A stretch of DNA of 40,013 bases from Nemertoderma westbladi (GCA_032718475.1 JAUCBJ010007646.1:1-40013); one strand, 5' to 3'. Numbered from the stretch's first letter, positions 23,006 to 35,656 are shown. A program made the numbers and translations. Notes: generated from the letters alone by a model not told the origin.

Positions 23006-24842
23006 GTGCTGATAGCAGCATGTTGATACTGAAGTAGACCACTTATAGCAGCATGTTGATACTGTAGTACTGAGAGCGGCATGTTGATACTGTAGTGCTG
23101 ATAGTGGCATGTAGATACTGTTATTAGGCCACATATAGCGGCATATTTGATTCTGTAGTGCTGATAGCAGCATGTTGGATACTGTTGTACTAATAGTGGC
23201 ATGTTGATACTGTAGTAGACCACTTATAGTGGCATGTTGATACTGTAGTGCTGATAGCAGCATGTTGATACTGTAGTGCTGATGCGGCATGTTGATACTG
23301 TAGTGCTGATAGTGGGATGTTTATACTGTAGTGCTGATAGCAGCATGTTGATACTGTATTAGGCCACTTATAGTGGCATGTTGATACTGAGGTGCTGATA
23401 GCGGCATGTTTATACTGTAGTGCTGATAGCGGCATGTTGATACTGTAGTGCTGATAGCGGCATATTTATACTGTAGTGCTGATATCAGCATGTTGTTACT
23501 GTAGTGCTGATAGCAGCATGTTTATACTGTAGTGCTGATAGCAGCATGTTGATACTGTATTAGGCCACTTATAGCGGCATGTTGATACTGTAGTGCTGAT
23601 AGTGTCATGTTGATACTGTAGTAGGCCAATTATAGCGGCATGTTGATACTGTAGTACTGATAGCAGCATATTGATTCTGTAGTGCTGATAGTGCATGTTG
23701 GATACTGTAGTGCTGATAGCAGCATGTTGGATACTGTAGTGCTGATAGCAGGATGTTGGATACTGTAGTGCTGATAGCAGCGTGTTGATACTGTTGTAGA
23801 CCACTTATAGCAGCATGTTGATACTGTAGTACTGATAGCGGCATGTTGATACTGTAGTGCTGTTAGCAGCATGTTGATACTGTAATGCTGATAGTGGCAT
23901 GTTGATACTGTAGTGCTGATAGCGGCATTTTTATAATGTAGTGCTGATAGCAGCATGTTGATACTGTAGTGCTGATAGCGGCATGTTTATACTGTAGTGC
24001 TGATAGCAACATGTTGATACTGTAGTGCTGATAGCAGCATGTCTATACTGTTGTGCTTATAGCAGCATGTTTATACTGTATTAAGCCACTTATAGCGGCA
24101 TATTGACACTGTAGTGCTGATAGCGGGATGTTGATACTGTAGTGCTGATAGCGCATGTTGGATACTGTAGTGCTGATAGCAGCATGTTGAATACTGTAGT
24201 GCTGATAGCAGGATGTTGGATACTGTAGTGCTGATAGCAGCATGTTGATATTGTTGTAGACCATTTATAGCAGCATGTTGATACTGTAGTACTGATAGCG
24301 GCATGTTGATACTGTAGTACTGTTAGCAGCATGTTGATACTGTAGTGCTGATAGTGGCATGTTGATACTGTAGTGCTGATAGCGGCATTTTTATACTGAA
24401 GTGCTGATAGCAACATGTTGATACTGTAGTGCTGATAACGGCATGTTTATACTGTAGTGCTGATAGCAACATGTTGATACTGTAGTGCTGATAGCAGCAT
24501 GTCTATACTGTTGTGCTTATAGCAGCATGTTGATACTGTATTAAGCCACTTATAGCGGCATATTGATACTATAGTTCTGATAGCAGCATGTTGATACTTT
24601 AGTGCTGATAGCAGCATGTGGAAACAGTAGTGCTGATAGCGGCATGTAGATACTGTAGTGCTGATAGCGGCATGTTGATACTGTTGTAGACCACTTATAG
24701 CAGCATGTTGATATACTGTAGTACTGATAGCGGCATGTTGATACTGTAGTGCTGTTAGCAGCATGTTGATACTGTAATGCTGATAGTGGCATGTTGATAC
24801 TGTAGTGCTGATAGCGGCATTTTTATAATGTAGTGCTGATAG
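23006..24842. repeat. Satellite array, block 2
   Basis: Same monomers as block 1; ~460-bp higher-order repeat. Confidence 0.97.
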
Positions 24843-25011
24843 TTTAATAGTTAAAAGGGTGATACGGAAAGTGTATGTACTTTTAGCACCCATAATTCAC
24901 AAATATATCACAATAATAAAGTACTGTTAAATTAGTTTGAGACAATATACCGGTATTTTGTTTTACGTAGAGTAAGTAGGAAAAGAAGCAAGTAAAATAT
25001 ATTATACTGGC

Positions 25012-25163
25012 ACATTTAAAGCATGCAATACAGTTAGTTACTATGGAAATACGTCTGTCCGGATTGAATATAAATAGGGCAATAGTACATTTAATGCATG
25101 CAATACAGTTAGTTACTATGGAAATACGTCTGTCCGGATTGAATATAAATAGGGCAATAGTAC
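25012..25163. repeat. Tandem duplication, 75-bp period, in the LINE 3' region
   Basis: gcatgcaatacagttagttactatggaaatacgtctgtccggattgaatataaatagggcaatagtaca starts at 25021 and 25096. Confidence 0.9.
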
Positions 25164-25765
25164 ACAGTATGCATGACACATGTAAATCGTAGTGTAGTGT
25201 AAAACACGGGCTGAATAAAATCATTTATAAAAAAAGTTGCATCAACAGCTCAAAATAAAATAAGGTAGAGTGACGCTAGACAGTGTAACGACTAACGAGT
25301 AAAAGGAAGCATTAAAATAATTAAGATTGGCAAACATATTACAAAAGATATTTATATATATATATAAACACTGTTAAATGAGTAAATAAATAAAATAGTC
25401 ATAATCACTGTATGTATGTACATGTACAGTGATTATATTCACCTGCGGTACTGTTTGTATAATAAAATAAATGCATTGACAATAGCATTGTCCAATTTGT
25501 AATGACACGTACACTTTCGATTTTTTAGAATAGCATGAACTTGAAACATGGTAAAAATTAGTTGTGTTTCACAAGTGACAAAATGATAAGTGATATAAAA
25601 AGATAGATAGCCTAAAAGGATTAAGAAACGATAAAAATAATTCTCTCCACTCAAAAATTGCTAATATTCACATAATTACATTTCATACAAATTAAATCTT
25701 GAATAAAATAAATGTTGATATTTGGATGGCGATGGTTAATTAAATTAATTAATTATTATACGGTA

Positions 25766-28693
25766 CTACCACCAGGATGGGGAAAATTTCAATGGCAAAT
25801 TCTTATAGTGTTCGTTTAGCCTTGACTTGAATGTGTTTAGAGTCGGCGATGAAACAACAGATTCGGTAAGACTGTTCCAATCGTCGATTACTCGATAGCT
25901 AAAGGTGTCATTACATAATACCAAACGCGCCCGAGGTTTGAATAACTTCAGAGAGTTTCCGCGACGACTGGAAGGATCCAATGTGAAGTAAGTGCGGTAG
26001 TCTGCGTTATCGAGACCGGTCAGCAGTTTATAGACTTGGATCATATCGGCGCGGTGGCGCCGGTATTCCAACGTTGGCAGACCCAACTTACGAAGGCGTG
26101 AAGGATAATCGAGATCACGGAGACCTGAGACAAGCCGCGTCGCGCGGCGTTGTACTCCTTCGATTAGTTTCGATTCGCCAATTTTTTTTGGAGACCAAAC
26201 CACAGATGAATATTCAAGAATGGGACGAACCATACTCTTATATAACCCAAGAAATATATCGCCATCTATATGATTAAAGCTGCGGTATATAAGACCAAGA
26301 TGGCTGTTTGCTTTCTTAACAATGTTGGCGATGTGGATGCTGAAATGTAGATTATTCTGGAAGTAAACACCAAGATCTTTTTCTGTTGTAGTTTCCGCAA
26401 GGTGATGCTGGTTGGTAATATCTCCCAGGGTGTAAGCAAACTTTGGGTTTGTCCTTCCTATGTGCATAATTTTGCATTTGTCATTATTAAATAGCTGCTG
26501 CCACACGACACTCCATCTGTAAAGGTTGTCAAGAACGTTTTGGAGGGGCCCGCATGTTAGATATGGGGATGGGGTAAATATGGCACTGTCCTTAGTGTCG
26601 TCTGCGAAGAGGTGTATTATCCATGTCACAGCGTCCGGTAGATCGTTAATAAATCCCAGATAGCAAAGAACGCCCAAAATACTCCCTTGAGGTACTCCAC
26701 TAAGAACGGGAACCCATTTGGAGTGAGACCCGCCAACTACGACTCGTTGCCAGCGACCTGTAATAAATGACCTGAGCCATACAAGCAGGGAACCAGAAAT
26801 CCCCATATTCTCCATCTTTTTAATTAATCGCTGGTGTGGCACAGTGTCAAACGCCTTGAGGAAATCTAGGTATACAACATCTATGCATTTGCCTTCATCC
26901 AGGGCCTTTGCCCACTGGAACACAACGTCAATGAGTTGGATTGTGCATGACTTTCCTCTTTGAAATCCATACTGTGCCATGGTTAGCAGAGAGAACTCTT
27001 TCCAGAAAGAGTATAAGTTATTGGCTATGATTCTTTCCATTAGCTTGCAGAGAATCGAGGTCAAGCTAACAGGCCGGTAGTTTATAGGAAGGTAGCGGAC
27101 TCCACGCTTGAATATAGGCGTAATATTTGCTTCCTTCCAAGGCTGGGGAACAATGCCGCTTTCCAACGACTTCTGAAAAATAATAGAGAGGGGTAGAGCC
27201 AGTACGGCGATGAGTGTCACTATGAGTATCGGGAAGATTCCATCAGGGCCAGGGGCACCAGATGAGTTTATCTGAGATGCAGCTTGTTCCACCACAGATG
27301 GTGTAAATTCTACCCTGTTAATTGTTGCTTCTGGAATTGAGGTTGATGTATCAGGAACAGAATGTGTGTCCTCGGTAGTAAAAGTAGAAAAGTATTGTTG
27401 ATTCAAAACTTCTGCTTTGTCAACATTAGATGTTGCTATATTTCCCTGCTTGTCTTTCAAGGAGGCTATTGTGCCGCGAGACTTTGTTTTCGACCGCACA
27501 AATTTCCAGAACTGTTTCGGGTCTTTGCTGGCTGCTAGTGCTACTGAGCGCTCGTAATTTTGTTTGGATTTTTTCACAGCATCATTGCAAATATTTCTCC
27601 TTTGTTTATATGTGTTGTAGGCAGAAGGTGTATTGGTCCTCCGGAAGGTTCGCCATGCTGATTTCTTCAGGGAAATGAGTTTGCGCACATCCCTGGTCAT
27701 CCATTTGGGGTAGTTGTATGAACGGCATTTTTTGACAGGTATATATTTATGTATACAATACTCAAGAGTTTTGTAAAGACATGCACATGCCTCAGTTGTA
27801 TCCATTGGTGTTAGGACTTCTATCCAATTGAATGACTGTATATATGTCGCCATTGCATTATAGTTTGCCTTTGATAATACTTTATATTCAGTTACAGGTG
27901 ATGCTGGACTTGAAAGTGTGGTCAGGCTAATCTCGAGGACAACGTGGTCACTAGCTCCAAGAGGGGGTGTGTAGGAAATTTTATCTACCATGTCACGTTC
28001 AGATGTTAGGACTAGGTCTAAGATGCGTGGAATGTTTCCTTCGCGAAAGCGGGTGGGTTGGTCGACATGTTGGCTCAAGTAGTTGTCCTGAAAGCAACAA
28101 AGAATTTCAGATTCCTCTGAATTTGATGTTTGCAAAGTTGTCCACTGTGTCTCAGACATATTAAAGTCACCAACTAATATTATTTGAGTAGGATTATTTT
28201 CTTTACACAATAAATTAATGGAACTGATTAGCTCTTTATTATTGTCCGGGGTGGAATTGGGACTACAATAAATACATCCAAATATAACTGTCTCTTTTTT
28301 GCCTAGATATTGGTAGATGTATTGTATCAAAACAATCACCGAAAATGTAGTGTATCTCAATCTGATGGTACGTAAGTCCATAGATGTTCCACAATTGTTA
28401 TTCTTTGTGTAGATTATGATCCCGCGTTGACAAAACGAGTCGTCCAGATTATGATGTTCACTGTTATAACCGTCTAGGGCGTAATCTTTTATACTATATT
28501 CAAATATTTTGTTTTTCGGTAAAACCTCTGTAATTGCAATAATGTCGGGTTGGAAACTTGCAATTCGTGTTTGCAAATTACTGAGTTTGTTATGTAAGGA
28601 ATCAGCATTAGTATAAAGGATGTTAAGCTGCTTTGTGCCTGCAGCTGAGGCACTTGGGGTATGGATAGTAATGTCGGACCCACCTGAAATCAT
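25766..28693 (-). CDS. LINE ORF2: APE endonuclease + reverse transcriptase (CR1 group), 975 aa
   Basis: YTNADSL, IIAITE, GDFN, ILDLVLT, SDH; NYRPVSLTS, DFLKAFDTV, SGVPQGSILG, LFADD, EKDLGV, LEYSSVVWSP. Confidence 0.95.
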   Translation of the reverse strand: MISGGSDITIHTPSASAAGTKQLNILYTNADSLHNKLSNLQTRIASFQPDIIAITEVLPKNKIFEYSIKDYALDGYNSEHHNLDDSFCQRGIIIYTKNNNCGTSMDLRTIRLRYTTFSVIVLIQYIYQYLGKKETVIFGCIYCSPNSTPDNNKELISSINLLCKENNPTQIILVGDFNMSETQWTTLQTSNSEESEILCCFQDNYLSQHVDQPTRFREGNIPRILDLVLTSERDMVDKISYTPPLGASDHVVLEISLTTLSSPASPVTEYKVLSKANYNAMATYIQSFNWIEVLTPMDTTEACACLYKTLEYCIHKYIPVKKCRSYNYPKWMTRDVRKLISLKKSAWRTFRRTNTPSAYNTYKQRRNICNDAVKKSKQNYERSVALAASKDPKQFWKFVRSKTKSRGTIASLKDKQGNIATSNVDKAEVLNQQYFSTFTTEDTHSVPDTSTSIPEATINRVEFTPSVVEQAASQINSSGAPGPDGIFPILIVTLIAVLALPLSIIFQKSLESGIVPQPWKEANITPIFKRGVRYLPINYRPVSLTSILCKLMERIIANNLYSFWKEFSLLTMAQYGFQRGKSCTIQLIDVVFQWAKALDEGKCIDVVYLDFLKAFDTVPHQRLIKKMENMGISGSLLVWLRSFITGRWQRVVVGGSHSKWVPVLSGVPQGSILGVLCYLGFINDLPDAVTWIIHLFADDTKDSAIFTPSPYLTCGPLQNVLDNLYRWSVVWQQLFNNDKCKIMHIGRTNPKFAYTLGDITNQHHLAETTTEKDLGVYFQNNLHFSIHIANIVKKANSHLGLIYRSFNHIDGDIFLGLYKSMVRPILEYSSVVWSPKKIGESKLIEGVQRRATRLVSGLRDLDYPSRLRKLGLPTLEYRRHRADMIQVYKLLTGLDNADYRTYFTLDPSSRRGNSLKLFKPRARLVLCNDTFSYRVIDDWNSLTESVVSSPTLNTFKSRLNEHYKNLPLKFSPSWW

Positions 28694-28852
28694 GGATGGA
28701 GCTGGGTTAGTGATAGGATTGTATGTATTGGCAGTTGTGGTTGATGATATAGGGGTAGTAGGGAAATTATGACGTGCCAGTTGGGAAAATATATGGGGGT
28801 GGGGGTGGGGTATGGGATGTGTAGGTGTACCATTAGCAGTAGATATTAATTG

Positions 28853-29869
28853 TCAGTCAACCCTATCAACATTGTTGGATAGTGTTGCGGATGGACGATT
28901 CTGTAGTCTACGTCGCTGCCTTTCCTTGTAGGCACGTTCACGATCGAACCTCGAAAGGTCCTTGTCAAAATAATATCGCACAGTAGCTGAATCAGATTCC
29001 ACTGTGAATGATTTCTTTTCCAGGACTCTGTAGGCAGTTTCTGATGATTGAAATATTAGTCGTAGAGGACGTGGCTTTCCATCATCTCTTTTCTTCCCCA
29101 GGCGGGATATCTCATGGTGAGGAAGGGAAGTATGTAAGGTTGATTGTAAGAACTGGTTATCGGAAAGACGTTGGGTTTCAGGAGTAGCTTGAGTATCACC
29201 TGGTACACCACGAATTATAACATTCTTTTTGCATTGCTCATTTACAGATATGATTTTCTCTATGCTCTCCAAGGATTGCGTATTAGTAGTAGTGGCCGCT
29301 GCACCCTCAAGTTTCTTTGTTAGATTGCCGATTTGGTCAGCATTTTTCTTGACAATATCAGCCCAAGAGTTATTTTCACTGCAACCGGAACCAAGCCCGC
29401 CTCCAACAGTTTCAATATTATTTAATTTGTCCTTAACTTCGCAGGTTGTGGCCGCGATTTCATCAATCCGAGACTCTAATTCAATCCGCAAGGAAGACAC
29501 ATCTGAGGATATATCTTTGCTTTCGGCAGATGCACTATCTGCTGCATTCTGAATTTCCGTGTAGAGCACATCAGACTTACTGGAGTGGGATTCTTGGAGC
29601 ATCTGAAGTGCTTGCTGGAGTTTGTTGATGAGTTCAGCAGAGCAGAAACCACACGAGAAAGGCTCATTTATAATATCTGATTTCTTTCGAATCTCAACCT
29701 CGGTCCATGTGTGAAGACAGATTGTGCATTCAACTTTCACTGTCTCCCATTCTACAGGTCTTGGTTTTAATCTTGGACTTTTGGATTTTATCCCCTGTTT
29801 TGTTGAGGGAGCCATACCACAAGAATCTCGTTGACTAAAGCTAGATCGACGTTGGTTCTGACTGGACAT
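28853..29869 (-). CDS. LINE ORF1: PHD-like Cys cluster, coiled coil, RRM-like C-terminus, 338 aa
   Basis: CTICLHTW...FSCGFC; heptad region; NVIIRGVP and RLGKKRDDGKPRPLRLIF motifs typical of CR1/L2 ORF1; lies upstream of ORF2. Confidence 0.88.
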   Translation of the reverse strand: MSSQNQRRSSFSQRDSCGMAPSTKQGIKSKSPRLKPRPVEWETVKVECTICLHTWTEVEIRKKSDIINEPFSCGFCSAELINKLQQALQMLQESHSSKSDVLYTEIQNAADSASAESKDISSDVSSLRIELESRIDEIAATTCEVKDKLNNIETVGGGLGSGCSENNSWADIVKKNADQIGNLTKKLEGAAATTTNTQSLESIEKIISVNEQCKKNVIIRGVPGDTQATPETQRLSDNQFLQSTLHTSLPHHEISRLGKKRDDGKPRPLRLIFQSSETAYRVLEKKSFTVESDSATVRYYFDKDLSRFDRERAYKERQRRRLQNRPSATLSNNVDRVD

Positions 29870-30053
29870 TATTGGACATTATTCCCTATTATGAATAGCA
29901 GATGATGTTGTTTCAACAATTATAATACAATTGACGAAATGCAGTTGTATATAGCAATATCACAATTCACAATGATGTATGTATTGTATAGTATATAGGC
30001 TGCTACTCTGCCTGCACTCTGCAAAATCTGCACTACCAGCAGACCAGTACCTA

Positions 30054-33000
30054 TGATAGCAGCATGTTGATACTGTAGTGCTGCTAGCAGGATGTTGGAT
30101 ACTGTAGTGCTGATAGCAGCATGTTGATACTGTTGTAGACCACTTATAGCAGCATGTTGATACTGTAGTACTGATAGCGGCATGTTGATACTGTAGTGCT
30201 GTTAGCAGCATGTTGATACTGTAATGCTGATAGTGGCATGTTGATACTGTAGTGCTGATAGCGGCATTTTTATAATGTAGTGCTGATAGCAGCATGTTGA
30301 TACTGTAGTGCTGATAGCGGCATGTTTATACTGTAGTGCTGATAGCAACATGTTGATACTGTAGTGCTGATAGCAGCATGTCTATACTGTTGTGCTTATA
30401 GCAGCATGTTTATACTGTATTAAGCCACTTATAGCGGCATATTGACACTGTAGTGCTGATAGCGGGATGTTGATACTGTAGTGCTGATAGCGCATGTTGG
30501 ATACTGTAGTGCTGATAGCAGCATGTTGGATACTGTAGTGCTGATAGCAGGATGTTGGATACTGTAGTGCTGATAGCAGCATGTTGATACTGTTGTAGAT
30601 CATTTATAGCAGCATGTTGATACTGTAGTACTGATAGCGGCATGTTGATACTGTAGTACTGTTAGCAGCATGTTGATACAGTAGTGCTGATAGTGGCATG
30701 TTGATACTGTAGTGCTGATAGCGGCATTTTTATACTGAAGTGCTGATAGCAGCATGTTGATACTGTAGTGCTGATAACGGCATGTTTATACTGTAGTGCT
30801 GATAGCAACATGTTGATACTGTAGTGCTGATAGCAGCATGTCTATACTGTTGTGCTTATAGCAGCATGTTGATACTGTATTAAGCCACTTATAGCGGCAT
30901 ATTGATACTGTAGTTCTGATAGCAGCATGTTGATACTTTAGTGCTGATAGCAGCATGTGGAAACAGTAGTGCTGATAGCGGCATGTAGATACTGTAGTGC
31001 TGATAGCGGCATGTTGATACTGTAGTGCTGATGGCAACATGTGGATACTGTAGTTCTGATATCAGCATGTTGATACTGTAGTGCTGATAGCAGCATGTTG
31101 ATACTGTAGTGCTGATAGCAGCATGTTGATACTGTAGTGCTAATAGCGGCATGTAGATACTGTAGTGCTGATAGCGGCATGTTGATACTGTAGTGCTGAT
31201 GGCAACATGTGGATACTGTAGTTCTGATATCAGCATGTTGATACTGTAGTGCTGATAGCAGCATGTTGATACTGTAGTGCTGATAGCAGCATGTCTATAC
31301 TGTTGTGCTTATAGCAGCATGTTGATACTGTATTAAGCCACTTATAGCGGCATATTGATACTGTAGTTCTGATAGCAGCATGTTGATACTTTAGTGCTGA
31401 TAGCAGCATGTGGAAACAGTAGTGCTGATAGCGGCATGTAGATACTGTAGTGCTGATAGCGGCATGTTTATACTGTAGTTCTGATAGCAGCATGTTGATA
31501 ATGTAGTGCTGATAGCGGCATATTCTGGATACTGTAGTGCTGATAGTGGCATGTTGATACTGTAGTGCTGATATCAGCATGTGGATACCGTAGTGCTGAT
31601 AGCAGCATGTTTATACTGTAGTGCTTATTGCAGAATGTTGATACTCTACTGTAGTGCTCATAGTACATGTTGATACTATAGTGCTGATAGTGCATGTTGA
31701 TACTGGAGTGCTGATAACAGCATGTTGATACTGGAGTGCTGATAACAGCATGTTGATACTGGAGTTGTGATAGTAGCATGTTGATACTGTATTAGGCCAC
31801 TTATAGCAGCATGTTGATACTGTAGTGCTGATAGCGGCATATTGATACTGTAGTGCTGATAGGTGGCATGTTTATACTGTAGTGCTGATAGCGGCATGTT
31901 GATACTGTAGTGCTGATAGGTGGCATGTTTATACTGTAGTGCTGAAATCAGCATGTTGATACTGTATTAGGCCACTTATAGTGGCATGTTGATACTGTAG
32001 TGCAGATAGCGGCATGTTGATACTGTAGTGCTGATAGTGGCATGTTTATACTGTAGTGCTGATAGCAGCATGTTGATACTGTATTAGGCCACTTATTATA
32101 GCATCATGTTGGATACTGTAGTGCTGATAGTGCATGTTGATACTGTAGTGCTGATAGCAGCATGTGGATACTGTAGTGCTGATAGCAGCATGTTGATACT
32201 GTGTAGTGCTTATTGCATAATGTTGATACTGTAGTGCTGATAGCAGCATGTTGATACTGTATTAGGCCACATATTATAGCGGCATGTTGGATACTGTAGA
32301 GCTGATAGTGCATGTTGATACTGTAGTGCTGATAGCAGCATGCTGATACTGTAGTGCTTATTGCAGAATGTTGATACTGTAGTGCTGATATTGCATGTTG
32401 ATACTGTATTGCTTATTGCAGCATGCTGATACTGTATTAGGCTACTTATAGTGGCATGTTGATACTGAGGTGCTGATAGCGGCATGTTTATACTGTAGTG
32501 CTGATAGCGGCATGTTGATAATGTAGTGCTGATAGTGGCATGTTTATACTGTAGTGCTGATAGCAACATGTGGATACTGTAGTGCTGATAGCAGCATGTC
32601 TATACTGTTGTGCTTATAGCAGCATGTTGATACTGTATTAAGCCACTTATAGCGGCATATTGATACTGTAGTGCTGATAGCAGCATGTTGATACCTTAGT
32701 GCTGATAGCAGCATGTGGAAACAGTAGTACTGATAGCAGCATGTAGATACTGTAGTGCTGATAGCGGCATGTTGATACTGTAGTGCTGATAGCAATATGT
32801 GGATACTGTAGTTCTGATATCAGCATGTTGATGCTGATAGCGGCATGTTTATACTGTAGTTCTGATAGCAGCATGTTGATACTGTAGTGCTGATAGCGGC
32901 ATGTTTATACTGTAGTTCTGATAGCAGCATGTTGATACTGTAGTGCTGATAGCAGCATATTCTGGATACTGTAGTGCTGATAGTGGCATGTTGATACTGT

Positions 33001-34399
33001 AGTGCTGATATCAGCATGTGGATACTGTAGTGCTGATAGCAGCATGTTGATACTGTAGTGCTTATTGCAGAATGTTGATACTCTAGTGCTGATAGTGCAT
33101 GTTGATACTGTAGTGCTGATAGTGCATGTTGATACTGGAGTGCTGATAACAGAATGTTGATACTGGAGTTGTGATAGTAGCATGTTGATACTGTATTAGG
33201 CCACTTATAGCAGCATGTTAATACTGTAGTGCTGATAGCGGCATGTTGATACTGTAGTGCTGATAGGTGGCATGTTTATACTGTAGTGCTGATAGCAGCA
33301 TGTTGATACTGTATTAGGCCACTTATAGTGGCATGTTGATACTGTAGTGCTGATAGCGGCATGTTGATACTGTAGTGCTGATAGTGGCATGTTTATACTG
33401 TAGTGCTGATAGCAGCATGTTGATACTGTATTAGGACACTTATTATAGCAGCATGTTGGATACTGTAGTGCTGATAGTGCATGTTGATACTGTAGTGCTG
33501 ATAGCAGCATGTGGATACTGTAGTGCTGATAGCAGCATGTTGATACTGTAGTGCTTATTGCATAATGTTGATACTGTAGTGCTGATAGCAGCATGTTGAT
33601 ACTGTATTAGGCCAAATATTATAGCGGCATGTTGGATACTGTAGTGCTGATAGTGCATGTTGATACTGTAGTGCTGATAGCAGCATGTTGATACTGTAGT
33701 GCTTATTGCAGAATGTTGATACTGTAGTGCTGATATTGCATGTTGATACTGTATTGCTTATTGCAGAATGTTGATACTGTAGTGCTGATAGCAGCATGTG
33801 GATACTGTAGTGCTGATGCTGCATGTTGATACTGGAGTTCTGATAGCGGCATGTTGATACTGTATTAGGCCACTTATATCGGCATGTTGATACTGTATTA
33901 GGCCACTTATAGCAGCATGTTGATACTAGAGTGCTGATAGTGCATGTTGATACTGTATTAGGCCACTTATAGCAGCATGTTGATATTGGAGTGCTGATAG
34001 CGGCATGTTGATACTGTATTAGGCCACTTATAGCAGCATGTTTATACTGTATTAGGCCACTTTATAGCGGCATGTTGATACTGTATTAGGCCACTTATAG
34101 CGGCATGTTGATACTGGAGTGCTGATAGCGGCGTTGATACTGTATTAGGCCACTTATAGCAGCATGTTGATACTGTAGTGCTTATTGCAGAATGTTGATA
34201 TTGTAGTGCTGATTGTGGCATGTTGTGTTGATACTGTAGTGCTGATAGTGCATGTTGATACAGGAGTTCTGATAGCAGCATGTGGATACTGTATTAGGCC
34301 ACTTTATAGCAGCATGTTGATACTGTATTAGGCCACTTATAGCGGCATGTTGATGCTGTATTAGGACACTTATAGTGACATGTTTATTCTGTATTAGGC
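30054..34399. repeat. Satellite array, block 3
   Basis: Same monomers; ~1.3-1.4 kb higher-order duplication. Confidence 0.97.
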
Positions 34400-35035
34400 G
34401 GTACGTACCAAAAGGTAGAACGATCTATAACGGGCTATAACGATCTATAACGATCTATAACGGGCTATAACTTCCAATATCAAGCTATAACCACCTATAA
34501 CGAGCTATAATATGAAAATTTACATTAGAAAAACGCCCCTTGGGTGTGTTTAACTTTTGGATTAACACGGTGGTCTGAAAAATACCGCAGGTTCAAAATT
34601 AAGGTAGGCCTATCTGCCTATGCGTAATTGATACTGATAAGTTTTTTTATTGGCCTATATTGCTCACTATATTCATGTATTCTATATCGACCAGAAGCTG
34701 ACAGCGGATATCAGAATGGAGGATAGACAGAGAGATGGGAGACCTCTCCACAGCTGCACTATCTGATAGTCAGATAATGCAGTAGTGGCATGCTGGCTAA
34801 TGCAGTAATGACTGATTTCGTGATACCACAAAGATGAAAAGCATTATGGAATAAAAAACCAAATTGCGTAATTAAATTACTGACTAGGAAAATAAATCCA
34901 TTCTAAAATATGTTTTTTTATTGTAAATTTTCATATTATAGCTCGTTATAGGTGGTTATAGCTTGTTATAGTAGTTATAGCCCGTTATAGATCGTTATAG
35001 CCCGTTATAGATCGTTCTACCTTTTAGTACATACC
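34400..35035. mobile_element. Non-autonomous DNA transposon (Mutator/foldback-like MITE), 636 bp
   Basis: ~125-135-bp imperfect TIRs starting GGTA with 10-bp CTATAAC subrepeats; 9-bp TSD GTATTAGGC (34391-34399, 35036-35044). Confidence 0.85.
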
Positions 35036-35656
35036 GTATTAGGCCACTTATAGTGAAATGTTGATACTGGAGTGCTGATAGCGGCATGTTGATACTGTAT
35101 TAGGCCACTTATAGCAGCATGTTGATACTGTATTAGGCCACTTATAGCAGCATGTTGATGCTGTATTAGGCCACTTAGTGACATGTTGATAATGTATTTG
35201 GCCACTTATAGCGGCATGTTGATACTGGAGTCCTGATAGTGGCGTTGATACTGTATTAGGCCACTTATAGCGGCATGTTGATACTGTATTATGCCACTTA
35301 TAGCGGCATGTTAATAGTGTATTAGGCCACTTATAGTGGAATGTTGATACTGGAGTGCTGATAGCGGCATGTTGATACTGTAGTGCTAATAGCAGCATGT
35401 TGATACTGCATTAGGCCACTTATAGCAGCATGTTGATACAGTAGTGCTGATAGCGGCATGTTGATACTGGAGTTCTGATAGCAGCATGTGGATACTGTAG
35501 TGCTGATAGCAGGATGTTGATATTAGATTGCTTAAAGCGACATGTTGATACTGGAGTGCTGATAGCAGCATTTTGATACTGGCTGACTGGAGTACTGATA
35601 GCAGCATGTTGATATTGGATTGCTTAAAGCGACATGTTGATACTGGAATGCTGATA
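35036..35656. repeat. Satellite array, block 4 (degenerate edge)
   Basis: Monomers enriched in the 33-bp variant, decaying into unique sequence. Confidence 0.93.

Larger units (their letters stand above)
24843..30053 (-). mobile_element. Full-length CR1-type LINE inserted in the satellite
   Basis: Two intact ORFs, ~180-bp 5' UTR and ~920-bp 3' region; TGATAG on both sides (24837-24842, 30054-30059) is a possible TSD. Confidence 0.9.
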
